DNA of 32,000 nt. Origin: Microcystis aeruginosa NIES-2549 (lineage in GTDB: Bacteria > Cyanobacteriota > Cyanobacteriia > Cyanobacteriales > Microcystaceae). Shown piece after piece: positions 7,745 to 17,739 of this stretch; positions within the stretch are counted from its first letter, which is position 1; every line of letters begins with the position of its first letter. The position numbers and the translations under genes are program-made. Under the pieces are notes generated by a model. It made no database searches, was not told where the DNA came from, and was given only the letters and a program-made list of their open reading frames with translations. Location of the stretch: assembly GCF_000981785.2 (NCBI RefSeq), contig NZ_CP011304.1:1230001-1262000 (forward strand), read 5' to 3'.

Positions 7745-8488
7745 ATGACTGCTCAATCTCTGTGGAAACCCCAAAAAGTTCACGTAAACTTACTAAGCCG
7801 CGTATCTGTGCTTCCCACATCATTAACTTGGTTTCAGACAAACTTTACTGGAATTTGGTTTGGCTGTTTCGAGTCTGACCATGAAATCCAGGATCATCCA
7901 GTAACAATGCTGACTCGATTCTATCCGGGTGGTTTTTTTCCGCTGCACGGACATCCCGGTGGTGAAGAGATTTTGGTGCTTGAAGGCAATTTTGCAGATG
8001 AAACAGGGGTGCATCCACCGGGTACTTATATGCTTAACCCCGAAGGCTTTATCCATCGCCCCTATAGTGAGGAAGGATGCCTGACTTTTGTTAAATTGCG
8101 GCAACATGGTGGTAAAACTCGCCAACAAGTGAGAACCAACATTTTTAACGGCTCCTGGCAAGCAGGTATAGTGCCTGAAATTAAGGTTCAACACCTCTAT
8201 GAGCAAGCAGATTTCTCAGAAAAAGTCTGGATTGAGCGTTGGCTGCCCAACACTCAGTTGGTGAATGTTGTCGAAACTGAGATTAAAGAAATCTTTGTCA
8301 TTGAAGGTACCTGGAGAGATGAATTGGGTAGTTATCCAGTAGGCAGTTGGCTAAGATACCCCCCCAATTGCCCCTACAGTCCTTCCTCAACAACAGGTTG
8401 TCTCATTTACGTTAAAACCTATCCTGTTACTGATACAACCGCAAGATTTGTGGTCGGTGATGATTTCCAACATCCTCAAGCAATCTGA
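7745..8488 (+). CDS. Cupin domain protein (ChrR-like cupin, no anti-sigma zinc domain seen)
   Basis: 247 aa. FPLHGHPGGEEILVLEGNFADETGVHPPGTY is a cupin metal-site motif. A second cupin-like repeat (IFVIEGTWRDELGSYPVGSWLRYP) lies in the C-terminal half. Confidence 0.65.
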   Translation: MTAQSLWKPQKVHVNLLSRVSVLPTSLTWFQTNFTGIWFGCFESDHEIQDHPVTMLTRFYPGGFFPLHGHPGGEEILVLEGNFADETGVHPPGTYMLNPEGFIHRPYSEEGCLTFVKLRQHGGKTRQQVRTNIFNGSWQAGIVPEIKVQHLYEQADFSEKVWIERWLPNTQLVNVVETEIKEIFVIEGTWRDELGSYPVGSWLRYPPNCPYSPSSTTGCLIYVKTYPVTDTTARFVVGDDFQHPQAI

Positions 8489-8531
8489 AGCAACCATCTA
8501 TGGGATTGAGGGTAGGACGTAGAGTCAAAAA

Positions 8532-8552
8532 AGACAGGCATTAAGCCTGTCT
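8532..8552 (-). terminator. Intrinsic terminator hairpin for the 8575-9495 gene
   Basis: agacaggc-attaa-gcctgtct, preceded on the plus strand by an aaaaaa run, which is a U-tract on the minus transcript. Located 23 nt past the minus-strand stop. Confidence 0.55.
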
Positions 8553-8574
8553 ATAAAACAAAATAAATCACCTA

Positions 8575-9495
8575 TCAGGTTGCCATAAATAGGGAGTTTT
8601 TTGCGTCAAATTTCCAAGCAATACCATCGGGATCTCTGATGCGACTCCAATCGGCAAATTCTGCTTCCGATTTATTTTTCTTGTTTCTACCCAAAACGGC
8701 CGGGGTAACTCCTAAACGTTTAGCCAAATCCGCCAAACTCATCGATGAGATGGTTTCAGATACAGTGGTTAGTGATTCTTCCCTAACTTCTGCTTCTGAC
8801 TGGAACAAAGAACTGGCAGAACTGTTCAAACTAGGATTAATTATCTCCTCCGGTTCTTGAATTACCGTTTCTTGAACAGAGATTGCTGCAGTATTTTCTT
8901 CCTCTTTTTCCTCAAATAATTTACCTAAATTAGTCAGAGGTTGGGAGGAGGAAATAACAGCAACCTCCGGGACAGAATTTTCGCTTTTCTCGGCGACAAT
9001 CAGGGGGGATTTAGCCTCCTGCGATTGCTCTAAATTGGTCAGAGGGGATCTCGATGCAGTAATCGCAGGAACTTGTTTTTCCTCTATTTCTTCTAAAGAG
9101 GGGTCACTCTCATCAAAAATACTACCCAAGGTACTGGCGGTGATAAAGTAATAGGCCATACCCTTATCGCCTACAGCTTTTTTTTGCGCCCCAAATTCCT
9201 CAGCTTTTTTGTCTAAAAATTGTCTGGCTAATTTGGCCGTGAGATTGGCTTTTGCCGATAGGTCAATCGGGGTGAGACAACCTTGATTGTCCTGTAAAAG
9301 TTGATTGAAATAGGGGTTAATCACCGTCGATAATTTTGACCAGCGATAGTCTTGCCACACCTTGACTGCAAGAGTTAAGAAGAAGACCAGTAGGATCAAT
9401 GGCCAAGCGGTAAAAACAAGGATGATTAGCACCGCTAGGGGGATGATGAGGACGAGAAACCCCGCCGTTTGACGATCGATAATTTTTCCAGTCAT
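8575..9495 (-). CDS. Hypothetical membrane-anchored protein with an acidic/Ser-rich linker and a C-terminal HTH-like tail
   Basis: 306 aa. Two N-terminal hydrophobic helices (FLVLIIPLAVLIILVFTAWPLILLVFFLTLAV), a low-complexity E/S/P-rich middle, and the C-terminus LADLAKRLGVTPAVLGRNKK...DPDGIAWKFD. No family recognised. Confidence 0.55.
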   Translation of the reverse strand: MTGKIIDRQTAGFLVLIIPLAVLIILVFTAWPLILLVFFLTLAVKVWQDYRWSKLSTVINPYFNQLLQDNQGCLTPIDLSAKANLTAKLARQFLDKKAEEFGAQKKAVGDKGMAYYFITASTLGSIFDESDPSLEEIEEKQVPAITASRSPLTNLEQSQEAKSPLIVAEKSENSVPEVAVISSSQPLTNLGKLFEEKEEENTAAISVQETVIQEPEEIINPSLNSSASSLFQSEAEVREESLTTVSETISSMSLADLAKRLGVTPAVLGRNKKNKSEAEFADWSRIRDPDGIAWKFDAKNSLFMAT

Positions 9496-9571
9496 AATTT
9501 CATAAGCTGCCAGAATTAAAATTCTTAATGGCTAGTTTGACTATCTCCTGCCATAAGTGTATATGACCAGT

Positions 9572-10375
9572 TTAGGCTTTATTGGTCACACTGGTTAGTT
9601 CTAGTCGTTCAAACATGGCAAATCTTGCCTTCAGGGCCAGAGAATCATCAAGTTTTGTTAAAAAAATCGGTTTTTGATACTTTTGTTCTAAAGCTTTTTG
9701 GATTAACCAATCAGCTAAAAAGGGATTTTTGGGTAGTAAGGGACCATGGGCATAGGTAGCGATCGCATTGTGGTAAAATGCTCCTTCATAACCGTCCTCT
9801 CCGTTATTTCCGTAACCGGTAATCACCTTTCCCAAGGGAGAAACGGTCTGTAAATAGGTACGACCCCCGTGATTTTCAAAGCCAATTACTAGCGGTTTTT
9901 CCCCAGTCATAGCTTTAATTTCCTCCGCTAAGGGAGAGGCCGTAATTTCAAAAACCACGTTACCGATACAGCGTTTTGCATTGGGGCCGGGATGTTTACT
10001 TACTAGGTCTAATAATCCTAATCCTTCGATTCTTTGACCGAAAGCTGGTTCGTAATAATGTCCTAATAATTGTGGGGAACCACAGGTAAAAACCCCCGGT
10101 ATTCCTGCCGATAATTGTTCTTTCATCGCCGCCGCTTTTTTCCCCTGTAAATCCCGCATAACGATCTCCTGTTGCCGATCCTGCGCTCCACCCCCAACAA
10201 TTATATCTACTTGATAAAATGTATCGGCTTCTGTTTGAGCATCTAGGGGAATAATTGTCACAGGAATATCACGCCATTGACATCTTCTTTGGATAGTAAT
10301 AACATTACCTCGATCGCCGTAGGTACTCATTAAGGTCGGATATAACCAGCCGATTTTTAGTTCTAGTTCTTGCAT
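9572..10375 (-). CDS. gatD: Lipid II isoglutaminyl synthase glutaminase subunit GatD (CobB/CobQ-like GATase)
   Basis: 267 aa with a nucleophile-Cys motif FTCGSPQLLG and IGFENHGGRTY, as in GatD. Located downstream of a MurT-type gene. Confidence 0.75.
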   Translation of the reverse strand: MQELELKIGWLYPTLMSTYGDRGNVITIQRRCQWRDIPVTIIPLDAQTEADTFYQVDIIVGGGAQDRQQEIVMRDLQGKKAAAMKEQLSAGIPGVFTCGSPQLLGHYYEPAFGQRIEGLGLLDLVSKHPGPNAKRCIGNVVFEITASPLAEEIKAMTGEKPLVIGFENHGGRTYLQTVSPLGKVITGYGNNGEDGYEGAFYHNAIATYAHGPLLPKNPFLADWLIQKALEQKYQKPIFLTKLDDSLALKARFAMFERLELTSVTNKA

Positions 10376-10538
10376 AATTTTTTAGGGGATTAGGGAATGG
10401 GGAAATGGGGGATAAGAGACAGGCTGCATCTCAAGTTTGTGGAAATATCAAAAATTATTAATATATGAACAACTGCGTGTAAGTATCTCACAAAAAAAGC
10501 TAATGTACCCTTGCGCTTATGTACCCCTTTTCTAATTT

Positions 10539-11876
10539 CTACAAAATCTTTCGACCCGTGAGAATCTCTCGTACTTCCAACATAGCAGAATAGGTGGGTA
10601 AAATATGTAAAGTTTCCTCATTTTTGGTGTTATTAAGGGCAATTTGGATCGCTTTTTTTAGATCGGATTCAACAATTAAATTAACTGGATAAGCGAGACT
10701 ATCCTGACTATATTGTAAGCGTAAAGCCATATCATAAAGTCGATCGCCCGTTACTACTAAAGTTGTTCCCAAACGGGTTAATTTTTCCGTATCCACATCC
10801 CAAATCCAAGAAACATCCGTCCCGTCGGGGATGCGATCATTGAGAACTAAGAGAGTAGTCGAGGACTTTTCTTTCTGTAAAATATCAGCCACTGCGCGAA
10901 TTGTTTCATTCATACCCACAGGATTTTTAGATAGTAAAATTCTAACTTTTTTACCCTCAATTTCTAATTCTTCCGCTCGACCAAAAGCCGCTTTAAAACC
11001 CTGAACTGTCTCAAAAATTTCTCGATCTTTAATCCCCAATTCCTGGGCTACTAAACCCGCTGCTAAAGTATTATATTTATTATAAACACCGATTAAAATC
11101 TGCGGCCAATCGTGACTATGAAAAGCAGGATTACTCTTTTTAAAGCCACAACTAGGACAACTAAAATCCCCTAAATGGGAGAGATAAACCCCGCGATAAT
11201 CCAAAGAAGCGCCACACTTAGGACAGTAAATAGAATCGACAGCGTGGGGAATTTCTTCCAGATATAATTCTGGCTCACTTAAGCCAAAATATACAACTCT
11301 TTGGGGCAGTTGTTGACCCAAATGGGAAAGGGTCGGATCATCAGCATTGAGAATCACTAAAGTATCGGTGGGTAGGGGAGATATGGCCCCTTGCCAACGG
11401 CGACTAATCGTATCCACTTCCCCATAGCGATCGAGTTGATCGCGAAACAAATTTAGAGCTAAAATAGCGCGAGGACGACAATCTTTTAAAACCAAAGGGA
11501 GAATATTTTCATCCACTTCTAAAATGGCATAATCAGCCTTTAAAGTGCCGAATAAATTAGCATCGGCTAATAAAGCAGTGATTAAACCATTAATTAAATT
11601 CGCCCCGGTGGTATTATGGGTAACTTTTGCCCCTTGACGCTCTAGAATAGTTCTTAGCAGTAGGGAAGTGGTAGTTTTTCCATTCGTGCCAACCACCAAG
11701 ATTACCCCCCGTCGGACTTGCCCACAAAGTAGGGGTAACAAACGGGGATGGAGACGACGGGCAATTTCCCCCGGCAAGACGCTGGCAGCCCCTAAACGGA
11801 GTCCTTTAACCACAGCAGTAACGGTTTTAGCCACCGCTACGGCTATCCCTAAACGGATGCGATCAAACAATTGCAT
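10539..11876 (-). CDS. murT: Lipid II isoglutaminyl synthase subunit MurT (Mur-ligase family)
   Basis: 445 aa with Mur-ligase P-loop VVGTNGKTTT, a Cys4 ribbon CPKCG...CPSCG typical of MurT, and a C-terminal DUF1727-like region. Confidence 0.8.
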   Translation of the reverse strand: MQLFDRIRLGIAVAVAKTVTAVVKGLRLGAASVLPGEIARRLHPRLLPLLCGQVRRGVILVVGTNGKTTTSLLLRTILERQGAKVTHNTTGANLINGLITALLADANLFGTLKADYAILEVDENILPLVLKDCRPRAILALNLFRDQLDRYGEVDTISRRWQGAISPLPTDTLVILNADDPTLSHLGQQLPQRVVYFGLSEPELYLEEIPHAVDSIYCPKCGASLDYRGVYLSHLGDFSCPSCGFKKSNPAFHSHDWPQILIGVYNKYNTLAAGLVAQELGIKDREIFETVQGFKAAFGRAEELEIEGKKVRILLSKNPVGMNETIRAVADILQKEKSSTTLLVLNDRIPDGTDVSWIWDVDTEKLTRLGTTLVVTGDRLYDMALRLQYSQDSLAYPVNLIVESDLKKAIQIALNNTKNEETLHILPTYSAMLEVREILTGRKIL

Positions 11877-12039
11877 GAACTGAGATTCTCATAGCTGTTT
11901 CGTGATTTTACCCCTAAAAGAAGACCGGTAAACGGGGTAAGTTCCCATTGATTCTTTCCTACCGACAAAAAAGACAGCCTATAATATAGGTAAGTTTGGG
12001 GCCGATTCTACCGCACACGACATTTTAGGGCTAGAGCTT

Positions 12040-13230
12040 ATGGGTTTATTGACAAGATTGGGGATTTCACTGGGATTACTCGCCCTAGGCGGTGCTGTGG
12101 GTGTGCTAGGAAATCAGTATTTAAGCAGAAAAGCGCCCCTAGAGGTAAATACACCGCCGGCAATCGTCCCCGCTTCCCTCTCTCTCCCTGTTATTCCCCA
12201 AAACGACGACAATGTTAATTTTATCGCCCAGGCCGTGCAGAAAGTTGGGCCGGCGGTGGTGCGGATTGACTCGGCCCGGGAAGTGGCCGACCAAATTCCC
12301 GAAGAATTTAAACAGCCCTTTTTTCGGCGCTTTTTTGGTGATCAAGTGCCGATTCCCAAGGAGCATTGGGAACGGGGAACCGGTTCTGGATTTATAATTA
12401 GTACAGAAGGACTACTTTTGACTAATGCCCATGTGGTGGACGGGACAACCCAAGTAAAAGTGACTTTGAAAAACGGTCAAACCTATCAGGGTAAAGTTCT
12501 GGGGGTTGACAATATGACCGATGTGGCCCTGGTGAAAATTGAGGCGAAAAATTTACCGACGGTGACTTTTGGCAAGGCCGAAACTTTAACCCCCGGGGAG
12601 TGGGCGATCGCTATTGGCAATCCCCTAGGCTTAGATAATACGGTGACAGTGGGCATTATTAGCGCCTTGGGCCGGACTAGCAGCGAAGTGGGGGTTCCCG
12701 ATAAACGGGTTCGTTTTATCCAAACCGATGCCGCTATTAACCCCGGCAATTCCGGCGGCCCGTTGCTGAACGCCAAGGGGGAAGTTATCGGCATTAATAC
12801 GGCAATTCGGGCCGATGCCCAGGGTTTAGGGTTTGCCATTCCCATCGAAACCGCCCAAAAAGTGGCGGGACAGCTATCTAGTAAGGGTAAAGCGGAACAT
12901 CCCTACATTGGTATCCAGATGGTGACGCTAACCCCAGAATTACGGCAGCAATTGAACGAAACTAAAGAATTAAACTTTAATATTGACCAAAATGAAGGGG
13001 TAATCGTCCTGCGAGTGGTGGAAAATTCCCCCGCCCAAAAAGCCGGAATGCAAGCGGGTGATATCATCGAAACTGTGGCAGGAAATCCCGTTAAAACCGC
13101 TTCGGATGTGCAGCAAGGTGTAGAAACCAGTGCGATCGGTGGTAATCTGGAAATCGAGATTAACCGCAGGGGTAAACAACAAACTCTCACCGTTCAACCG
13201 GGGGTTTTTCCTAGCAAAACTAGCGAGTGA
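12040..13230 (+). CDS. HtrA/DegP-family periplasmic serine protease with a PDZ domain
   Basis: 396 aa with an N-terminal signal/anchor, catalytic triad context TNAHVV, D in DVALVKI and GNSGGPL, and a C-terminal PDZ (VVENSPAQKAGMQAGDII). Confidence 0.9.
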   Translation: MGLLTRLGISLGLLALGGAVGVLGNQYLSRKAPLEVNTPPAIVPASLSLPVIPQNDDNVNFIAQAVQKVGPAVVRIDSAREVADQIPEEFKQPFFRRFFGDQVPIPKEHWERGTGSGFIISTEGLLLTNAHVVDGTTQVKVTLKNGQTYQGKVLGVDNMTDVALVKIEAKNLPTVTFGKAETLTPGEWAIAIGNPLGLDNTVTVGIISALGRTSSEVGVPDKRVRFIQTDAAINPGNSGGPLLNAKGEVIGINTAIRADAQGLGFAIPIETAQKVAGQLSSKGKAEHPYIGIQMVTLTPELRQQLNETKELNFNIDQNEGVIVLRVVENSPAQKAGMQAGDIIETVAGNPVKTASDVQQGVETSAIGGNLEIEINRRGKQQTLTVQPGVFPSKTSE

Positions 13231-13306
13231 ACTACTTTCAACCGGTCAAGGGGCGACCCCTTACCCTACACTGGGAGGAGAGAAAATAGCAGCGGAGCGA
13301 TCGAAA

Positions 13307-14455
13307 TTGAGGCAGCGGTTACAATTAAAATTATCAATTGGGCGCGGGGCTGCCCTTCTAATCGGTTTGCTGGGATTAACAGCCTGTCAACCTCCCGATC
13401 CGCCGAAAATTTCGCCGACAGAATCGCCTAAAATTGAAGAAACTGGCCGCTTAATTCTCAATAATGCCACCTTAGAACAGGCTAACCCCTCCGGACAACC
13501 CCTCTGGAAAATTCAGGTCAAAAAAGCTACCTACACCCAAGACCAAAAAATCGCCCGTCTGGAAAATATCAAGGGTAATATCTATCAAGAGGGGAAAGTA
13601 GTTTTACAGGTTAGTGCTGACCGAGGGGAAGTCTATAAGGAAGGCCAGGAAATTCTCCTCAAAGATAATATTGTGGCTGTGGATCCCCGCAATAAAGCCA
13701 TTATTAACGCGCCTGAATTGCGTTGGCTACCCAAGGAAGGTATTTTAATCTCCCCCAAAGGGATCAAAGGTAGTCATCTACAACTAGAAGCCAAGGCCCG
13801 CCAAGGACGCTACGACACGCGCCAAGAAAAACTAGAATTACAAGGTCAAGTGGTGGCTACCGCCAAGGAATCTCGTGTCGTCCTGCAAACCGAGCGCCTG
13901 TACTGGGAAATTCCTCAACAAGTCATTAGTACCGATCAAAAAGTCGCTTTTGATCGCTATATTAATAAAACTATTATCGATCGCCTGACTGCTATCGGCG
14001 GTCGTTGGGAAAGAAAAAATAATCAGGTTATCCTGCAAGAAAACCTCGAATATCGCTCTTTAGAACCACCTTTACAGATTTCTGGTTCTCAGGCAATTTG
14101 GAACTATCAAAATCGTACCCTAACTTCCGATCGCCCCACGGAAATTTTTCAATATCAAGATCAAATCACTATTACTGGTAATCGTGTGGTGGTGGAATTA
14201 GGCAATCGTATCGCTTATCTCAAGGATGGGGTTAAGGGAATTAATCAGAAAACTGGGGCGCAATTGTATAGTCAGATCTTAACTTGGAAAATGTCGGAAA
14301 AAATTGTCGAGGCCGAGGGGAATATTATCTATGAACAACAGGAACCAAAATTTAATCTCACCGGCGATAAAGCGATCGGCACTTTAGAAGATAATAACAT
14401 TGTTGTTACCAGTAGCTCCCCCGATCGAGTTGTCACCGAGATTTATCCTCGTTAA
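13307..14455 (+). CDS. LptC-like / OstA-fold periplasmic lipoprotein (start uncertain)
   Basis: Repetitive beta-jellyroll-like sequence resembling cyanobacterial LptC annotations. Proposed TTG start at 13307, preceded by ggagcga. This gives MRQRLQLKLSIGRGAALLIGLLGLTAC with a lipobox (LTAC). The track's ATG at 13130 would overlap htrA by 101 nt. Confidence 0.5.
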   Translation: MRQRLQLKLSIGRGAALLIGLLGLTACQPPDPPKISPTESPKIEETGRLILNNATLEQANPSGQPLWKIQVKKATYTQDQKIARLENIKGNIYQEGKVVLQVSADRGEVYKEGQEILLKDNIVAVDPRNKAIINAPELRWLPKEGILISPKGIKGSHLQLEAKARQGRYDTRQEKLELQGQVVATAKESRVVLQTERLYWEIPQQVISTDQKVAFDRYINKTIIDRLTAIGGRWERKNNQVILQENLEYRSLEPPLQISGSQAIWNYQNRTLTSDRPTEIFQYQDQITITGNRVVVELGNRIAYLKDGVKGINQKTGAQLYSQILTWKMSEKIVEAEGNIIYEQQEPKFNLTGDKAIGTLEDNNIVVTSSSPDRVVTEIYPR

Positions 14456-14478
14456 CAGGGAAAACTGGCCAAAAAAAA

Positions 14479-14499
14479 CTCTCCCCAAAAAAGGGAGAG
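14479..14499 (-). terminator. Intrinsic terminator after ndhE
   Basis: ctctccc-caaaaaa-gggagag hairpin. The plus-strand a8 run at 14471-14478 becomes a U-tract on the minus transcript. Located 23 nt past the ndhE stop. Confidence 0.6.
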
Positions 14500-14521
14500 A
14501 GAGGGGTAAATATTTAAAAGC

Positions 14522-14833
14522 TTACCATTTGAGCAGGTTAAACTGTTCCATATCGATGGTGTCGCGGTTACGATAGATAGTCAGGATAATCGCTAAACCC
14601 ACGGCTGCCTCGGCTGCCGCTACGGTAATCACGAAAATAGTAAAAATTTGGCCTCGGATATTAGCGGGGTCAAGATAGTTGGAAAAACCCATTAAGTTAA
14701 TGTTAACAGAATTGAGCATCAATTCGATCGACATTAAAACCCGGACGGCATTGCGACTGGTGACTAAACCGTAAATTCCGATACAAAATAAAGCCGCCGC
14801 TAATAACAAATAATACTCTAACTGAATCTGCAT
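14522..14833 (-). CDS. ndhE: NAD(P)H-quinone oxidoreductase subunit 4L (NdhE / NuoK)
   Basis: 103 aa, three TM helices, conserved [14 protein letters not shown]...[10 protein letters not shown]...[11 protein letters not shown]. Last gene of the ndhA-I-G-E order. Confidence 0.95.
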   Translation of the reverse strand: MQIQLEYYLLLAAALFCIGIYGLVTSRNAVRVLMSIELMLNSVNINLMGFSNYLDPANIRGQIFTIFVITVAAAEAAVGLAIILTIYRNRDTIDMEQFNLLKW

Positions 14834-14852
14834 GATACCTCTTTTTTGGGTC

Positions 14853-15449
14853 TTATTTAGGGGCGGTTAATTCTCTAGGTCGTTCGGGTAATGTTAAGGC
14901 TGTGGCCGTAGGTTCTTCAGCTTTTAGGGTAGGGATAAGGTCACGACGAGCTAAAATAATTGCTCCGACCATCGCCATTAATAACAGCACAGAAGCTAAT
15001 TCAAAGGGTAGCAAGAAATCACTAAAGAAATGCTTACCGATTTCTACTAAAGTATTAGTCACAACGGCGGGAGAAGTGGTAGAAATTGACCAAGGTGTGA
15101 TTAAAACCATGGTCGATAACAGTACAAATAAACCCACACAAACTAAAGCAGTAGATGCCTGACGAATCCAACGTTTAGGAATATCAGAAAAGTCCTCTTG
15201 CTTGTTAACAAGCATAATAGCAAAGAGAATTAAAACGTTAATCGCACCCACATAAATTAGAATTTGTGCCGCCGCTACAAAGTCAGCATTTAGTAAGAGA
15301 TATAAACCCGAAATGCTGATAAAAACACCGCCCAATAAAAAGGCGGAATAAACGATATTAGATAATAGTACCACGCCTAAAGCTGTCCCGATTACTAGGG
15401 CTGCTAAAATGCCAAAAGATACTATTTGAACGCCCTCGGCTAAATTCAC
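14853..15449 (-). CDS. ndhG: NAD(P)H-quinone oxidoreductase subunit 6 (NdhG / NuoJ)
   Basis: 198-aa hydrophobic protein ([22 protein letters not shown]) in the canonical position between ndhI and ndhE. Confidence 0.9.
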   Translation of the reverse strand: MNLAEGVQIVSFGILAALVIGTALGVVLLSNIVYSAFLLGGVFISISGLYLLLNADFVAAAQILIYVGAINVLILFAIMLVNKQEDFSDIPKRWIRQASTALVCVGLFVLLSTMVLITPWSISTTSPAVVTNTLVEIGKHFFSDFLLPFELASVLLLMAMVGAIILARRDLIPTLKAEEPTATALTLPERPRELTAPK

Positions 15450-15503
15450 AGTAGTTTCATCTCCTTTTATGTTTGAGAGTTATTAATTATTAGTTATCAG
15501 CTT

Positions 15504-15567
15504 CTGAAGGCAAGAGGTAACAGGCAAGAGGCAAAAGACAGAATCTGGCAATTCTCCTACCTAAAAA
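15504..15567. repeat. Dispersed intergenic repeat, copy B, inside the ndhI-ndhG spacer
   Basis: ctgaaggcaagaggtaacaggcaagaggcaaaagacagaatctggcaattctcctacctaaaaa. The 28-mer core is identical to copy A at 5627-5705. Confidence 0.8.
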
Positions 15568-15594
15568 CCGTGACGGCTGATAGCTAACTGCTAA

Positions 15595-16167
15595 TTAATC
15601 AGTAATTTCTTCCGGACGTTTACCGGCGCGTTGACTACCGGCGGGTAAATCGTGGGGTTCGATGACACCTTTAGGCAGATAACCTAATTCCCTCAGAGGT
15701 GTTACCATCGGGTCTTGGGTGACTTTGTAGGGTAAACGGCCTAGGGCGACGTTATCATAGTTTAATTCATGACGATCATAGGTCGCTAGTTCGTATTCTT
15801 CGGTCATCGATAGGCAATTAGTCGGACAGTACTCTACACAATTACCGCAGAAAATACAGACCCCAAAATCGATACTGTAGTGTTTGAGTTCTTTCTTTTT
15901 AATTTCCTTGTTAAAAGTCCAATCCACTACTGGTAAATTAATCGGACAAACTCGCACACAAACTTCACAGGCGATACATTTATCGAACTCAAAGTGAATT
16001 CTACCCCGATAACGTTCCGAGGGAATTAACTTTTCGTAGGGATACTGAACGGTAATCGGACGACGACGCATATGGTCGAAGGTAACGGATAAACCTTCGC
16101 CGATGTATTTCGCCGCTTGAATGCTACCTTTGGCGTAATCGCTGACTTGTTTGAGGATGTTAAACAT
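15595..16167 (-). CDS. ndhI: NAD(P)H-quinone oxidoreductase subunit I (NdhI / NuoI), 2x[4Fe-4S] ferredoxin-type
   Basis: 190 aa with two CxxCxxCxxxCP motifs ([12 protein letters not shown] and [12 protein letters not shown]). Confidence 0.95.
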   Translation of the reverse strand: MFNILKQVSDYAKGSIQAAKYIGEGLSVTFDHMRRRPITVQYPYEKLIPSERYRGRIHFEFDKCIACEVCVRVCPINLPVVDWTFNKEIKKKELKHYSIDFGVCIFCGNCVEYCPTNCLSMTEEYELATYDRHELNYDNVALGRLPYKVTQDPMVTPLRELGYLPKGVIEPHDLPAGSQRAGKRPEEITD

Positions 16168-16209
16168 GATGGTCAGAGGTATAGTAGGTTAACAGGGCAA
16201 AAACGGGAA

Positions 16210-17328
16210 TTAACCGCCAAAAGCAAAGGGAAAAGCTAGTTTTAGGGCGGCGGTAAGTAGTAGGTTAACTAAAGATACCGGTAAAAGGAATTTCCAGCCT
16301 AAATCGAGTAATTGGTCAATGCGAACCCGGGGTACAGTCCAACGCAAGAGAATAGCGATGAAGATGAGAAAATAGGCTTTTAATACCGTCATCGTAATCC
16401 CGAGGGAAGCGGTGATAATTTGTAGCCAAGGATTGGTTTCACTCACTCCCAACCAGCCGGCCACAGCATTGACGGGGATAGGAAATTCCCAACCACCAAG
16501 ATAGAGGACGGCGAAAACTAGGGCCGACAGCACGAGGTTAACGTAGGAACCCACATAAAAGAGAGCGAATTTCATCCCCGCGTATTCGGTTTGATAACCG
16601 GCGACTAATTCCTCCTCCGCTTCTGGTAAATCGAAAGGCAGACGTTCACACTCAGCTAAAGCGGCAATCCAGAAAATCAGAAAACCCACCGGTTGGCGCC
16701 AGATATTCCAGCCTAAAATGCCATAACCGGATTGTTGTTCGACAATATCAATGGTACTGAGACTATTAGACATCATCACAATCGCTAATACCGATAAAGC
16801 CAAGGGAATTTCATAACTAATCGATTGCGCCGCCGCCCGTAGGCCTCCCAGTAAGGAATACTTATTATTTGAGGCATAACCCGCCATTAATAAACCAATG
16901 GGGGCAATACTGGACAAGGAAATCCATAAAAAGATACCCACGTTTAGGTCAGTAATCAGCAGATTTTGACCGAAGGGGACGATGAGGTAGGAGACAAACA
17001 CCGGCATCACCACCAAAATTGGCCCAAAGAGGAATAACCAAGGGTCAGCTTTAGCGGGGACGACATCTTCTTTAAAGACTAATTTCAGACCGTCGGCGAC
17101 CGGTTGTAAAACGCCCAAGGGTCCTGCGTATTCCGGCCCGATACGCTGTTGGACGGCGGCGGAAATTTTCCTTTCTAACCAGACGCAGACTAAAACCCCC
17201 ACTGTGGCGGCTATAATCATCAGGAACATGGGTAAAGGCATCCAAATCGCTTTAGCCAGTCCTCCACTTAATCCCAAGTCTGTTAGGGATTTAATGAAAC
17301 TTTCTTGTAAATCTATGCCTTGATTCAT
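16210..17328 (-). CDS. ndhA: NAD(P)H-quinone oxidoreductase subunit 1 (NdhA / NuoH)
   Basis: 372-aa polytopic membrane protein with conserved NuoH motifs ([45 protein letters not shown]). Confidence 0.95.
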   Translation of the reverse strand: MNQGIDLQESFIKSLTDLGLSGGLAKAIWMPLPMFLMIIAATVGVLVCVWLERKISAAVQQRIGPEYAGPLGVLQPVADGLKLVFKEDVVPAKADPWLFLFGPILVVMPVFVSYLIVPFGQNLLITDLNVGIFLWISLSSIAPIGLLMAGYASNNKYSLLGGLRAAAQSISYEIPLALSVLAIVMMSNSLSTIDIVEQQSGYGILGWNIWRQPVGFLIFWIAALAECERLPFDLPEAEEELVAGYQTEYAGMKFALFYVGSYVNLVLSALVFAVLYLGGWEFPIPVNAVAGWLGVSETNPWLQIITASLGITMTVLKAYFLIFIAILLRWTVPRVRIDQLLDLGWKFLLPVSLVNLLLTAALKLAFPFAFGG

Positions 17329-17739
17329 ATTTGGCGATCGCTGTACTGTCGATAGTTCGGCATGGTCCGAAGATTTTTAAGCAAATCTTATAGCCTAGTA
17401 TACAGTTAGTCGGTCTGAGGGTTATCAGAAAGTGATAAAGGCTTCAATTCTTAGCGGCCAAGAGAATCAAGCAATCTTGATTCCCCGTCCGAGAATAGCT
17501 ATTAGTCAATCGTTAGACTCTGAATCTATCAATGTTCTCATTTGTTTCTTAGTGCCGACAACCTCAGCTAGTTACCAATTATTCACAGGAAAAAAATGTA
17601 AATAACTTATCGTTTAGGCAATGAAAGCAGCCCGCTTGAATCTGTCTTCCTCTTTGTGTTCTTTGTGCCTTTGTGGTTTATCCCCAGAGCCAATCCGACT
17701 GTTAAAATCCAGTTATCGAGCGTTTCTCGCCACTCCCCG

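Noticed and set aside
7823-8206. 127-aa minus-strand ORF
   Set aside because: It is antisense to the cupin CDS and no family is recognisable.
8639-8860. 73-aa plus-strand ORF
   Set aside because: It is antisense to the longer 306-aa ORF, which has a clear TM-linker-tail architecture and a terminator.
11668-13190. Short ORFs 11668-11883, 12139-12366, 12212-12397, 12486-12845, 12903-13190 and 12970-13197
   Set aside because: All are embedded in, or antisense to, murT or htrA, which have strong catalytic motifs. Their translations are Arg/Pro-rich, as expected from out-of-frame reading.
13838-15162. ORFs 13838-14038 (minus) and 14902-15162 (plus)
   Set aside because: They are antisense shadows of the LptC-like gene and ndhG respectively.
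17329-17739. 410-nt gap between ndhA and pyrE, with hairpin gaatcaag-caat-cttgattc at 17464-17483
   Set aside because: This is probably just the ndhA promoter and 5' UTR plus the pyrE 3' region. No recognisable RNA family or repeat copy was seen, so it is not reported as a finding.
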